Assembly: GCA_002633005.1 (NCBI GenBank)
Contig: NMRA01000003.1
Location: 1,474,181 to 1,538,180 of the forward strand
Origin: Phoronis australis
Taxonomy: Eukaryota > Animalia > Phoronida
DNA: 64,000 nt
Direction of reading: 5' to 3'
Shown here: positions 34,151-47,729 of the stretch, piece by piece
Position numbering within the stretch: the first letter of the stretch is position 1
Layout of the letters: the number at the start of each line of letters is the position of its first letter
Translations under genes and position numbers: made by a program
Notes under the pieces: generated by a model
What the model was told of the DNA's origin: nothing
What the model saw: only the letters and a program-made list of their open reading frames with translations
Database searches by the model: none

Positions 34151-36629
34151 TACATTTTTGACGACAGCAAAACAAGAACGCTTCTCACCTTGAAAGCACA
34201 TTGTTACGCCATGTGATTGAGCCCTAGGGCACAGCTATGCGTGTCCGCGCAAAAAAATAGTTAGCTATAGCGCACAGTAACATTGAAACAGAGTCGCAGA
34301 ACCCTTGGCTATATGTTAAAATTGTATTCTGTAAAATTAGATTGGTAAAGAGGTTATGAACACGAATAAATTTTATTCTTTTATGAATCAGGTAACAAAG
34401 CATTCACTACACAAGGCCGCGCATTGATCTTAAAGGGAATCCCCAGTAAAGTGTTGTTCAAGTTCGCTTTTAACTCAGATAGACTAAACAATATATGTTT
34501 GATATATCTGAGCTTTTAACAAGGATAGTTCGTTTAAGTCTTGGGTCAAAATTTCCCTTTCAAAAAAGGACAAATATTCATTTTTTATGAAGAACTCTAT
34601 TACGCTTCAGTTCAAACTGAAAATTTTATGAAATCCAAGATAAGCGATGGCAGGCAATCCTTGGGCAAGGCCATAATTAGATAAAGATCTTTGCCTCAGG
34701 CTAAACATGCCTATTGTGGTCTGTGGGCTTGTAATTTATGAGCATAACACCGTCCGCTCAAAACAATGGAAGTCGAGCGGACGCTTTTATCAAACCCTGC
34801 CCATCATGGTGGCTACTGTATAGCTTTGACGGGTAGTGAAGCCGGAAAATTTGGAACCCTAAGTGTAGAGAGTATACTCGAAAGGGGGGCCTATTTGTAG
34901 CGTACTTTCATAAACAAGTAATCCTTTCGTGGACTTTTTTCAAGAGAAACACTGAAACACTGTAGGTTTTAATTTCGGCCTAACCCGTTCATACGGATTC
35001 TTGGACAGCTGTCTTTTTTAACCGAAAGATCACAAAGAAGAGAAAAAAAACGTTCTCGATATATTATTCGTGAAGCTCATGGAAAAGGGAACCTATAATT
35101 ACGAACTCCCAAATTGAATCCGTTTGTAAAGCATAATTCCTCAGTGAATGAAATCACACTTTCATAGAGAATTTTGCCGTATCTCCATAAAGTCACTTAG
35201 TGGCACTTCCTGTATGTCTCTTCTACCGCCCCCTCAACCCCCTTCCCTCCTCCCAACCAACCGGTTATATTCCGACAAATGTCTAAGGCTGCAATGTACA
35301 GTTACTGGTTGTCGCAGCCAATTTGCACTTGCCTGGGAATTATATTTTTGGTGTATGCTGTGTTTGATGGCTGTTTTGAGGTATACATTGCAAGTAGGCT
35401 TAGTGAACCTAGTGTGCTTGTTTGATAACGCATTGTGAATCTAAAAATAGTTCTGTTGTAGATTTCATTTACCGGGTACGTCCAAATAGCGGCTCACTGT
35501 AGCAGTGTTGCTTGCAATGCAGTGACTAGCGGATTTGTTTGATTTCAGGTAGCTCTGAGGCCCTCAAACAGTCCAGAATTGCAAAATAAAATAATTGGAT
35601 GGTAACACTTTTGGGCCACATTGTGGAATTTGTAGTAACTTTTCTTTCAAAATCTAGGTTTCGATCGTGTCGAGCATATTGACAGGGAACTGGTGATTTC
35701 GGCAGAAAAGTGACAGTTCTGTGTTTGGCCACTTTTCTCTGAATCTGTCTCACTTTCCAGTGGAAGTGAAAATTATAGCGTCGAAAGAATACAAAAAAAA
35801 ATAATTGCAGGCGGTCTGGTACATTTTGTACCAGGCTTGCACAGGCCGCTAACGTGGACCCATTGAACTGATCACCTGAAACTATTTTTGTGCTTTATTA
35901 ATATATAGTTAAAATCGAATTGAGGACGAGCTAGAAACCTGACTCAAGGGTTTGGCAGTGTAGCCCACTACCTCGAGTAAAGAAAGTGGGTACCTACCAC
36001 ACTAGGGACACTGCCTCCTCGCGTTGAAAGTAGAGGATTGAATAAAGTTTTTGTGGTTATTTGTAGAGTGTTTTGTTTGACTCACAACTTTTCGTTCGTA
36101 CAGTTTTGGACAGAGTCTGGAGGAACGATGACAGGTCCGGTGATGTGTGCACTGCCTGCCAAGTCCCAATGAGAACTGTGCAGTAACTCCCAGCAACGCA
36201 AAAATGGTAATGCCAGGTTGGAGATTGGAGAGCGCACTTTGGTTTTTAGCTTGAAGTATACGAGTGATCCTGGTTCGACAATTTCATCCAGCGCTGAAAC
36301 AAAAGGCGCCCAACAACTGTCAAACCATCTCCGAGACATTTGAATAGCGTCGGGAAAATATTTGGCCGTAGGGATTGTTAGTATTATGCGATCACTGGAA
36401 CTTGAAGGAATGAACACGACGATTATGGACAGATGGCGCAGTCACCGAAGTGACGACAGCGGGTAGTTACATTGTCCACTTCGGTGCATAATCGGGGTAC
36501 TACACCATGGTGACATTGGACGAAATCCGCGTTGTTTTTGTGCAATGTTTTGTGTAAATAAAGGTTTGAAAACTATTAATCTGGCTTATATATATTTTTA
36601 GAAGCAGATTTGGTTTTTGTCCCATTTAA

Positions 36630-38303
36630 AAGAGCATGCCACCCAAAAAACAACCTAGTTTGTATCAATTTAGATCGAGTAGTTCTACTCCATAACGACA
36701 CTTACGGTTGCGTTACATGACACCTGACGGCAGACGGAGGTGTTGAAATTATCCAATGACGTCATCGGTTTCACACGCAGTCTGTTCAGCAGTTCACAAC
36801 ACGGGTTACTGGTGTCAGTTTATCGAATGAAGTCATCGTTTAACACCAATAAATCATCAAACTTCGATGTAAAACCCTTAAAAATACTCCGAGTTCTTAT
36901 AAAAACGTGTTGTTTTATTTCGCTCTTACGAATTTATTGGTATTTGGACACACCGTAGCCTACAAAGTTCGGCAGGCCCGAGGTCCGTAGCCGAGGAGTT
37001 TGGGGTATGTTCAGAGATAATTTCGAAGTATTTTCCGTGAGATACAGACAGAAGAACCTAGATCTGTGTTGTTCAGACTTGTGATTTTTTTTAGTTCTAA
37101 ACACAAAACGCTTGTTATCCTGTCCAGTGGCTCGGAGCCCAATCAGGCCCGTCGCGGCCGGCCGCATTGCCGTTCCCGGCCAGTGGCTCGGAAACTGATC
37201 AAACATCACGAACATAAACCAGCCAAAGTTCAGTGGAAACTAAACTTCCAGTCAAGAAAATACTATAATAGTGAGCCAAAGTAATGTGCACGTGGTTATG
37301 TTGGTGAATTAGCCACGAAACTGCAAATCTACTTACTCGTCGGGGCCGCGACATGAATTCAGGTTCCGCTTTGGCCACAGGGCAGAAGTTGTACATTGAC
37401 AATCATTATTTGAGTAATGTAAATGTAAATAAAGATTCCCCTAACACCTGGCCGTGGGATGGAAATCGAGTTGTTTCACAACAGTTTCTGCCAGCAAACA
37501 CTAAATTAGCATGAGCTCACACGGCCTTGGTGACCCGCCAACTAGTTTTATGGCACCTAAAGCCGGTAACGCAGTGATTTATTCATTGCTGGCTTCTCAA
37601 ATCATTTCAGTGCTCTCACGAAAACTCCAAAGGCATTACAAATTGATGAGACAGACTTTGTTTCAGTTTTATTTAAGTATTGATTAGGGTGAGAATAATT
37701 CATTTTGAAACAGAACGCTCAGTAATAAACGCCAACATGGCAACTCGCAATCCCGACTTAGGACGAGCTAGAGCTCATCAGTCCCGACTTCGCAGGTGGA
37801 TCGTTAAGTTGTACAGGCTATCAATTCGAACAGGAATACAGTGATGAAGAAATACTAGAGAGGCGCCGTGAACAAGCACAGACAACGGAACGTATGGAGT
37901 TATTTGGTAAGCCGACATTCGTGAGGCACTGTCGACGTCTGCAGGCCACAGACACGGAGATGTTTCACGGCCCCATACTTGCTATTTACAGCGTACTTTT
38001 CATTCTTCACTACCATGAGCCACTACTTCCTAAGCATTTCGGACTCTCGAGGAAGTAAAAAAAAAAATGATATACCCGCTTTCCTTGCAGCTGCTTAGTT
38101 CGGACAAGCGGGAACGATGCACCGCAAATTAACGGCATTCACTCTGCATATGAACCACTGACGTTGCTAGTGTCGTTTCTCACCTTCCTCACAGGTTAAC
38201 ACGACATCTCTCGGCGAGGTCAGGTCGACCGTATGCGAGGCGATGTGGATATAGACCGATTAAGACGGCAAAAAAGACTAATTAAATCGGGTGGCATTAT
38301 CCT
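36630..38303 (-). mobile_element. Second, inverted copy of the 13393 Kolobok-like element carrying a ~1-kb internal insertion
   Basis: TTAA|AAGAGCATGCCACCC...GGGTGGCATTATCCT|TTAA. 37645-38303 is the reverse complement of about 13393-14025. Confidence 0.85.
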
Positions 38304-39499
38304 TTAATATTTTAACTAGCTAATTATATCACAATGTTTTCTGTTTAAAAACAATTTACAAAATTCTTTGGTAAAAGCCATCGTGCAATGTGTTACCTCC
38401 GTCTCGCTAAATAGTGAATGTTGATCGGCAAAGACCCTTTTGGACCACTGACGTCACACACATGCCAGCAGCTGGGGTGAAAATCGTTTTCAAGATTTTT
38501 TTACAGTTGTTGTTGTGTTAAGTTTGTTTTGAGGTAACGCAGTGTGCCTTGCGTATCATGAATCAATTCAGAAAATAAACATTTCCAGTAAACTGAAAAA
38601 CAGTGCAATGTTTCAATATACACAAATAGTAAGAGCTGTGACTGAAAGTAGCTCATTTAAGATAAGCTTAGCGGACTGATTTGAGGTTATGGAGAACCTT
38701 ATAGACACCTTTTCATTTATCAAAATGTAATATAAAACTATTAACATTTTTTGAAAGTAGAAATCCTGTAAAATTTGATTTTTGACTTTTTACTAATCTG
38801 TCATTAATTGGGTCACGTGACCCTGTTTTAGTAAAATTTAGCCAAAAAGAAAGGTACGACATTGAGAGCAAAACAACTATATCAATTTTATTTGATATCT
38901 GGTGATGCTGATTCACCGAGACAACGTGGACACCTTTATAAACAAGCCAACACTCTTTAGAAAGTTTCGCATGTGCTCTGTGGCAGTTAAAATGTAATTT
39001 CTAAATTCCTTTTACTCCTCCATGTATACTGCTTTCATAAGTGGTGTAACCTTAAATCGGCAAGGTTGCCGATTTAAAGTATTAAAATACGCCTATCACA
39101 ATCGTTTAAAGCGTTTTTTGGGTTACTCCAACTTTTGTAAAGGAAGTAGTGGCATATACACTCTCTATAATTTTCAGTGTTGTGAAGCTAATCTGCGCAA
39201 GCTTTTTTTCTCAAGTCTTATGACTCCATTATCCTAATCTGTGAATGCTATAGTTGCCATCAACCATTTTAACTTCGCGCACTACGGGCATTCGTCTGTT
39301 CTTAATACATTCACGTTTTACTGCTTATATGCAGTTCTGTTATTAGACTTTGTCTTATAAAGTAATTTTTTTATTTCATTAGATTATTCTATTTTGTACT
39401 ATTTTTTCTCTATGTGGACAACTGTGAAGCTCGTAATAAAGATGTTCATTCATTCAGTTATTTCGGTTACCTCGAACAACTCAAGGGGCTGAATAGTGG

Positions 39500-39766
39500 T
39501 TTCATAAATTTCTAACAGAGGACGCAGTAGTTTACATTTCAAAATGGCGCCTCCCAGTATGTAGTTGAGATAAGGGCCAGGGGTCAATGGTTTCTACTTT
39601 TTGAGCAGCTCCTGGGAGGCTGTTTGTTGATCTGGAGGTACGCTTTTACTGTTTTAGTCTGCATATATTGCGATTGTGAGTTTGTTTTACGAAATGTAGT
39701 GTAGCATCACTTCTTTAAAACATACCCCAGATAGCGCAGGTACACTGCCACGCCAGTCAGGTACGT
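39500..39766 (+). promoter_or_regulatory. Candidate promoter and first non-coding exon of SLC25A51
   Basis: YY1-type CAAAATGGCG at 39540-39549 in apparently non-repetitive sequence, followed by donor-like GAG|GTACGC (39638) and CAG|GTACGT (39761). The link to SLC25A51 is inference. Confidence 0.4.
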
Positions 39767-41403
39767 CTTAATGAATGTGGCAGTGGTAGGAGCCTCGCGT
39801 TTCTAACTTAAAACTTTACTTACGATTAGAGTAACGTCCGGGACACACTCCAGTCGATTTTGACATGATTTGTTTATTAAATAACTCGCTGCCTTTCGTC
39901 ATAGGATTAGAGTGGAACAGACCATTCCCAAGGCTAAAGACAGTGTACACATCATGTTGTTTATAATCTGCACTATACACCTTCTCTATTGTAAATACAC
40001 TTAATTGCTTTTTAATTTTAACAACAATATTGTCTCCGGAGTGATGTCCACCAGGGCCTTCAACTTGTTGAAGTTTGGTGGAGTAGAAAGAAGAAGCATA
40101 TCTAGAAGGAACTCGAGGGACTCCACTGAAAACCCGTCCCTTTCGAAGAGTGCATCATCAAAACATGACCCTAATAAAGTGAACCCTCTCAAAACTATAC
40201 CATAATAGAGAAAAATTATTATCTTGAAATAACCCCTCCCCCCCCCTTCCTATGGTCAAAATCCCACCCTTAAATGCATAATGCAACCTGGCCGGAAAAA
40301 GGTAGGCCCTATTGTTGGCCTGAGTGTACCCATGTTTCTTACAAGTGACCCCCTCTCTTTATAGATCCAAAATAAAAAGGAACATTGAAAAATCCAAATT
40401 TTAAAAATAAACTGAACATTAGAAATAAATAAAGCTATGTGCATCATACCAGAATAAAATCAAAAAGTTAAAAACATGGACTGGTGGTTCAAATGCACAG
40501 TTAGGTTTTGTTGTTTTGAATATCTGGCAGTTACCACTGCATGCTTAAAGTGGCTACAAGCTTTCATCCTTCGAAGATGCGAACTTGATTTAGATCACTT
40601 TTCGCTTTAAAATTGATCTCAATTTGTCCCTTTCTCGGTTATTTATGGGTTTGCAAATTATTTCTTACCAGTACATACTTGGCACATGAAATGGCGTGAC
40701 ACGATAGCCAACTTGGAGAGCCTAGTCTCAAGCAGTAGCAGTTTTATCAGTTCTTTTGAAGCCTTTTAATTTTCTCCAACTTGGCTATGGAACAATGTTG
40801 TAGGTGATGTGTATTCTAAACCCATAGTTGATTTTGTGGTAAAAGGTGAGTTCTTTGCCACTCAGATACACTCATCCCAAACTAGGGTTAAGGTGATCAC
40901 TGTTTCAGAGTTCGACATAAACCAAACTCTGGATCAAGAATTCAGTCTTGGATTTTGAAATTTCGACCTGGAAAATCTTACCAGTTGACATAATTTGGCT
41001 CGAATTGAACTCTGTCCACCAGGCCTTCGAGCAATTTTCAACCTGAAAAATGCAAATGTCTAGCCATATTAAAATGACACAAACCTTTGAGAATCTAAAC
41101 TAAGTGTTGTGTTTTGGACGGTGTGAATTTTTTAGAACAGTGATAATCCAACCAAATACTACAAGGTTTTCGGGGGTTTCATTCTGGACTGACAACTTTT
41201 CTTAGTAACATGCCATTTTCATAATAGCAGAATCTTGCAGTTGTATGTCATGTAACCAGGCTGGTGACAGTAGAAAAACTATATGCATTTGCAGCATAGT
41301 TGTTTAATGTGGACATTAAAGTCCTTACAAAGAGCTAATGTCACAACCGTGTCGCTATATCCAGTCACAACATTTAACATAGCTGATAACTGACTTTGTT
41401 TAA

Positions 41404-41942
41404 AGAGACATGGAATCCGGGAGCTCGTCAAAAACATCTTTTATAATAAACAATTCCTGTCAAAAGTACCATCTCGCAACATCTAGAACAGAGTATTTTA
41501 CTTTCTCCTGGGAGGAAATTTCTAGATAAAAATCATAAAATTTGTGATTTTTGAAATACGCGCGAAGGAAAAACTCTGTAGTTACCACAGAGTTTCTGAT
41601 CTCCTTCCCAGTTATGATAAATGCGTGGATGCAATCAAAGTCAATTGCTTGAAGTCACTTGAGGTCAAAGGTAACATTTTCCACCTAAAGGAAATGTGTT
41701 ACATTTATATCTTGCCATACCAAATAAGGAGACGTGCTTTGCCTTGTGGGAGAAGAATTGACGAAGGGACGAGCAGTTTTTTGAAATTTGAAACTAAAAG
41801 AAATATTTTTATATCAACAGAAATTAGAAATCTTTACGCACAAATGCTAAAAATACTTGGTGAGCTGATTAAATTCTGTTTCAGTGGCAGAGAACCACTT
41901 TCAATATTGCAATTTAGTCTGTTTTTCACATTCCAGGCCTCC
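41404..41942 (+). mobile_element. TTAA-flanked Kolobok-like MITE
   Basis: TTAA|AGAGACATGGAAT...ATTCCAGGCCTCC|TTAA, homologous in inverted orientation to 63354-63587. Confidence 0.7.
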
Positions 41943-42414
41943 TTAAACAAATTTCGCTGAACATTCATTTACTAACCACTATACTAGTTACCCGTCATTA
42001 CCAACTATTATAAGCAAAACTTGTAATGCATGACAATAACAACATTATATTCCAACTACACTATGACTGTGATATACAACTTACAATAATTAGCAAAACA
42101 TACCGATTCAATGCAAACCAGACTGATGTTTGACTAGATATTTCACTGTTATTGCAACTGCCAAATAAAAATGAATCAATCATTGAACTAATTACACAAT
42201 GCGGTCAACGCCCTAAAACATGGTGGATATCACATTTTACAAAGGCCACGGCGATTATTAGTCTAATGGCATATACTAACCACTTGTACAAAATAGATAC
42301 ATACTACAACATTCTAAAATTACAGAAAACTATGTCACAAGTAATACTGAACTTTACTGTAAGAAATAAATCAAATTCCAACACCCTGCTCACAAAGTTG
42401 ATCCTTTCTACTGT

Positions 42415-42834
42415 GACACTCAAATCACCAGTAACAATATGAATGAAACACTCAAGGATTGGCTCTATTTTAACGAATTATTACAAACTTTATCTTTTTC
42501 TTTGTTTGCAGTTTATTTAAAAAATTCAAGGGAAACGCTAGACAAATTGTTCCGATACCTGTGAGGTGATTTCATAAGTTGAGTGTGACAAAATATGTGG
42601 TCGATTTTTAGTTCAAATTTGCTAAGTCAAGCCAAAAAAATGCGACTTAAGTGATTGTGGAGCGCAGTTATGCTAAGGTCACTTGTTCTTTAGAAAGTTA
42701 GTGAGGAATAATTAAACTGTTCAAAAGTATTATCACGTGTTTGTAACCTAAAATGGGATGATGCAGCTGATCTAATATTTAAAAAATACCGTGTCAGACA
42801 CAGTCATGTGACCCTACCATGATGTGTCCAAAAC
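42415..42834 (+). repeat. 420-bp segment apparently identical to 29500-29919
   Basis: Base-by-base match by eye from GACACTCAAATCACC to GATGTGTCCAAAAC. Confidence 0.9.
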
Positions 42835-42966
42835 CAAGGCACATTCTACTGAATATAAGTTTGATGGTAGAATCTATAGGAACTTTGACTGATTCTTATT
42901 GCACTGTCATCATTTAAAAGGTCACAGAAGCCATGTTGGTGACATCACTAGGATCACCGCCCAGAG

Positions 42967-43547
42967 CTCGCTGGTTCCCTAGCGTGCCTAACCAGCACGC
43001 AGGTATCGTGCAGTGTTACGCGCTTTAGTATTGGTCGATGTATACCTCAGTAGTCATTGGTTAGCTTTACAACACCATGAAAAAATGGCAGAGTATGAAC
43101 GATTTTTAGCCTTGTCACGCAAGTGGCGTCGCAACAAATGTTTTGTTTCTGCAGTGATGTTTAATAGCCGCGAGCTTGAAGCACAATCATGTCCTAATAA
43201 ACACATATCTGACTGATTTAACCGGTGTGTTATTCATACTGTATGAATACAGGACAGTATCGTAAAAAAGTCATCGACAGTTAAAAAATGCACTCCGAAA
43301 AGGCGCAATCACCATTTCTATGATTCACATTTCCTGAACAAAAATTTTAGGCACCGATTTGTCTGTACAACAGACCACATTTACACTTCAGTCCATCAGT
43401 CATGCCAGTTTGTTTGCATAAAGCGTTGCCTGTTGAGAATTCGACTAGCCAATCAGAAATGCCGGTGTAAAAAAAATCCCAAGGAAAATTAAGTGATACC
43501 CACGTGCTGGCTACTGGCCACCAAGCGACACGCAGGGAACCAGCGAG
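42967..43547 (-). mobile_element. ~580-bp MITE with CTCGCTGGTTCCCT TIRs and a 9-bp TSD (MULE-like)
   Basis: CGCCCAGAG|CTCGCTGGTTCCC...GGGAACCAGCGAG|CGCCCAGAA; inverted homolog of 55792-56372. Confidence 0.85.
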
Positions 43548-45007
43548 CGCCCAGAACTGCAGGAGTTAAAAATTCACTTAAAAATTGAACCTGAAGATAG
43601 ATAATTGTAATTATGTCTGAATGAATTAGATTACAAATATTTCTAACATTGTTACTTATAAATTCAATACGTGCAACGGAAATACAAGCAAAAAATACAC
43701 AGAGCACCCCTAGTGGCTAACTTAGGAACTTTGTCTTTTTTGAAGAATCAAATTTTAACCTGTATTTTTTGGATGTCGAAATTGTCAACCTGAAAATTTT
43801 TCCTTCTGTCAAAGATTGCGTCTACTTAATTCATTTTACAAAATAAAAAAAATTGAAAAAGCCAGCGTAATGAAACATCCACGATAATTGCACCAAGTAT
43901 ATATAGAATATATAGGCAGGCCAACCAGTTTTGGTGAGGAAAAGGTTCCTACGTAAGCCCTGAAAACAGAATGTTGACAGTTTTATTTTGCTCATGTTCT
44001 TAGGTGTGCCATTTTTAAGAGACAGCTTGGGCAGGATTATAATCAAAATGACTACCGTATATAACACCCAATTGGCTCAAGGAAAATGAAAATTAAGGAT
44101 CAGTTGATGGTGTGGTTGATAAATTTCACTGAAACTTACAATTTCAACAATTGGTTTTTAATAAATATTCAGTCATATGGCATGATAGTTGGGCATTACT
44201 TTAGATTAAAATCTCTCAAATTTCATACAAAAATGTGAGTTCTTGACTTCTATGCCAGGCTTGAAATTTGGAAACTCTCTTTTTGTGAAAGTAATGAGTT
44301 GTTGCTGGTTTGAAGTAGGTTTGTCTGTAAGAAACAGATTTTTATTTAGGCCACTTATGGTTGTAAAATTGAACTTATCTTGTTCCTTACTCAGTTTAGA
44401 GATGTTCTCTGGACTTCGAAAAGAACCGACAGCTTATTTCTTCAGGCAAAGCTCATGAAATTTCAGGTCACAACTTGATCTGAATTTGTGAGCTGAAGAA
44501 ATTAACTAACTGCTAGCTCTTTCCAAGCCCAGAAGTCACACTTATTTTGTTTAAGGAGCAATTTGATACCAATAGCGGATTTTTGAAGTAGCTGCGCCAC
44601 ATTGAAATTTACTCACCCACTTGACGGCGATAAGTCTTTGGTGGACAAGCATTCAGCGACACCTACAGATCCCATGTAATGTGGTTGGGGGGTTTCAACT
44701 ACTGGTTTAAAGTGTGTTTTAACACCTTTGCTGCCATTATAACGCTGGCAAATTTCCATTGCTGTGTGGAGGGATGTACTAATGTCTTACGAAATAAGGC
44801 AAACCTTTTGAAATATTAATGGATGAACAAGGACAGCATGTTCCCTACATTTCCCACTGCGAAGAAATATCCGCAACACAGCCAGTGGTTGTGGGTGATA
44901 AAGCGGGAAAAATTTCGATCCCAGCCGGTGTCAAAAAGCTAATGAAGTAGTGAACTTAAACTAATCAAACAATGGGAAGGGATGACAGTTCCTCTGCTTT
45001 TAAATTA

Positions 45008-45260
45008 ATGAACCACTATGTAGTAATTTCTGTTTACTAAATCTGAGTCAGGATCAATCAGAAGTCGTTTTTATGCTCTCATTACTCTAGAGAGCGCCTA
45101 TATCAAAAGTCCCCTATTTCATAATGGTAGAATGAACAACTATGTAGTAACTGAAGTTCCGTTTACCAAATCTGAGTCGGGATCAATTGGAAGTCACTTT
45201 CGTGCTCTCATTACTCTAGAGAGCGCCAATATGAAAAGTCACCTATTTCATGATGATAAG
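45008..45260. repeat. Two-copy diverged tandem duplication (~125 bp)
   Basis: ATGAAC.ACTATGTAGTAA...AAATCTGAGTC.GGATCAAT...TGCTCTCATTACTCTAGAGAGCGCC occurs twice. Confidence 0.85.
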
Positions 45261-46841
45261 TGGCATAAATCAAAACTTGTTTATTTTGACAGAAAGCGGG
45301 GGGGGGGTGTTTAATGCTGCTTTAACAATGTTGACATGTTTGTGTGATCTGTGAAACTAATCTTAAATTATTATGGGAGGAGAACTTACAATTCCGCATG
45401 ACACTTCATGTGGTTATCGAGTGATAATATGTGTAACTATCGGACTATCAGCGAGGAAAAATTGCGTACTTTAGTGTCGGCGTTCTCAGTAAGAGAATAT
45501 GTCAACTGGAGAACCCAATGTCATAGTTACTGTGTGCTTACAAGAATCATGATATCTTGATGAAATCGTTTGGTGCCTTTGTGATACGTATGCCCCTAGA
45601 TATGCAACAGGCGACAGAACATAATAAAGCAGTGTGTTTGTGTATAGAAGTTATCACATTCATTTGAACGTAGACTCAGAATGAATGAAGCTAAACTATA
45701 TGATATATAATAAATACATTTACACTGTGTCAGGAATACTTACCAGGGGTATATGTTGAGTGAGACAGTCTACACGTGGTTACAGGCATCTGCAGGACTC
45801 GTGAATGCGCTATTATTTGTGCAGTGTTTACATAACAAATGATAGTTTTTGTAATCTTGGCGTTGATTTTCAACAAACTTTGTGCTGAGTGGTTCAGGAG
45901 CACGTCCCACGCATCAAATTTTAGTGATTATTCTCCAATTTATCTATTCTTGTTTAACTCCTAACCACGTTGCACTTGTTATAATTTTTTAGCAATTTTA
46001 CCTGCAAGCAATTAATCATGTGTGGGTGACTTATCTGTCACTGATAAGAGGTGAGCATCTGTCTCTTATTTTAAATGATAGTAGAATCTACTTCACTCTG
46101 CACTTGTGACACTCTGAACAAAAAGTTATATTCTCTTTGTGACCTAGATGCTCCAAAGTCATGTAATTTCCGTTGCTTTTTCTGCAGTGACATGAAAGCT
46201 CAGTACAAGAGATGTGCATACTATTGACCACCATCCATTGGACCTCATGTTTGTTCTTTTGCAATCTGCAAAAATTAATCAATTTGAGATAGCTCTTTAA
46301 GAGATTGGTATTTTTGTGCATTTTGGCACTGATTAGGAGTTGTGTGAAAATCTATTTCATAGTGATCCCCCTCCCCTAGCAGCAAAATCTTGATACACCT
46401 ACAACCTCACCAAGTCCTTTGCCTGAGCAAGTCTCTTTATTGAGGCTTCTCCCTGAGCAAAACGAAAATTGAGGGATGTTTTCGCATCCTAATGTTTGTA
46501 TCTGTCAATTCACAAAAACATGTATGCATGTATCTATTTATGACCTCATGTTCTTGCTTTACGTTTATAGGAAACATAAATGTTCTGAGCCATCTAGCAT
46601 GTTAAGAAAAATTTCTGATTCAAATACTGGACTTTCAAGCTTTTAAAAGGGAGCTACATGGCATACCCCACATAGGTGGTCATTGGCTTGTTGAAATGTT
46701 GCTCTCCTCTAAATGCTAGAATGTCCAATATTTGACTAATATTTTTTTCATAGAAAAGTAATCAGAAATATGTCAATTTCTCACTATAGTGAATTAACCA
46801 TTTCGCGTTTCTTTTTGAAGGATTGTCAAAATAAGGCTGGC

Positions 46842-47729
46842 ATGATGCCAGGGATGATTTTGGAGAAGTCTGTGTTTGACCCAGCAGACCAGACCCAAAA
46901 GAGGGACATGTCGGAGTTCATGTGCGGCTGGGGTGCTGCCTTTGTCAACATCACAGTCACCTTCCCCTTGAACAAGGTCATGTTCAGGCAACAGTTGCTA
47001 GGCATCAAGGTGCTGCAGGCTGTGTCAGACCTACATAAGGAAGGTCTAAGAAGTCTCTACAGAGGTTTGCTGCCACCACTATTGCAAAAAACAACTTCGT
47101 TGTCAATCATGTTCGGATCATACGATTTTTATCTGTATCGCCTCCAAAGAGAGTCGGTGATGTCATCGCTCTTGATCAATAAAATCATCGCAGCTAATTT
47201 GGCCGGTTGTACAGAAGCATTTTTGTCGCCATTTGAACGTGTGCAAACTGTGCTCCAAGATAAAAAGTTCTCAGGGAAATTTAAAAACACATTGCACTGC
47301 TTTCAGTCTCTAAGCACGTATGGTCTTAAAGAGTACTACCGTGGTTTGACAGCAATTTTAATGCGAAATGGACCCAGCAATGCAATCTTCTTCTCACTCA
47401 GAGGTCCATTCAAGAGAAGCCTACCTACTGCAGAGACCTCATTTGGTGACTCAATCAATGACTTTATCAGTGGTGGTGTACTTGGAGCTTTGTGCAGTAC
47501 CCTCTTCTACCCTCTGAATGTGGTAAAGACACGGATGATGGCTAGTGTGGGTGGGCCCTTTGTTGGCATTCACCAGACGTTCCTCATCATCTGGCGGGAA
47601 CGCCAGAGAAACTGGAGGAAGCTTTTCCGCGGCGTTCACTTGAACTACACACGGTCCATGTTGTCCTGGGGAATCATAAATGCATCTTACGAACTCTTCA
47701 AGAAACTGATAGCGAATTATAATTCATGA
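46842..47729 (+). CDS. SLC25A51: Mitochondrial carrier SLC25A51/MCART1-like NAD+ transporter, single coding exon of about 295 aa (the ORF is open from 46770)
   Basis: Three carrier repeats with signature motifs FPLNKVMFRQQ, PFERVQTVLQ and YPLNVVKTRM. YRGLLPPLLQKTT, RNGPSN and RGVHLNYTRSMLSWGIINASYE match SLC25A51/52. An acceptor-like TTTCTTTTTGAAG ends at 46820, so the ATG at 46842 is the more likely start. Confidence 0.93.
   Translation: MMPGMILEKSVFDPADQTQKRDMSEFMCGWGAAFVNITVTFPLNKVMFRQQLLGIKVLQAVSDLHKEGLRSLYRGLLPPLLQKTTSLSIMFGSYDFYLYRLQRESVMSSLLINKIIAANLAGCTEAFLSPFERVQTVLQDKKFSGKFKNTLHCFQSLSTYGLKEYYRGLTAILMRNGPSNAIFFSLRGPFKRSLPTAETSFGDSINDFISGGVLGALCSTLFYPLNVVKTRMMASVGGPFVGIHQTFLIIWRERQRNWRKLFRGVHLNYTRSMLSWGIINASYELFKKLIANYNS

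Noticed and set aside
44840-44935. FPTAKK...QWLWVIKREKF as a THAP remnant (a similar hint lies at about 16150-16260)
   Set aside because: Too short and degenerate, with no element boundaries found.
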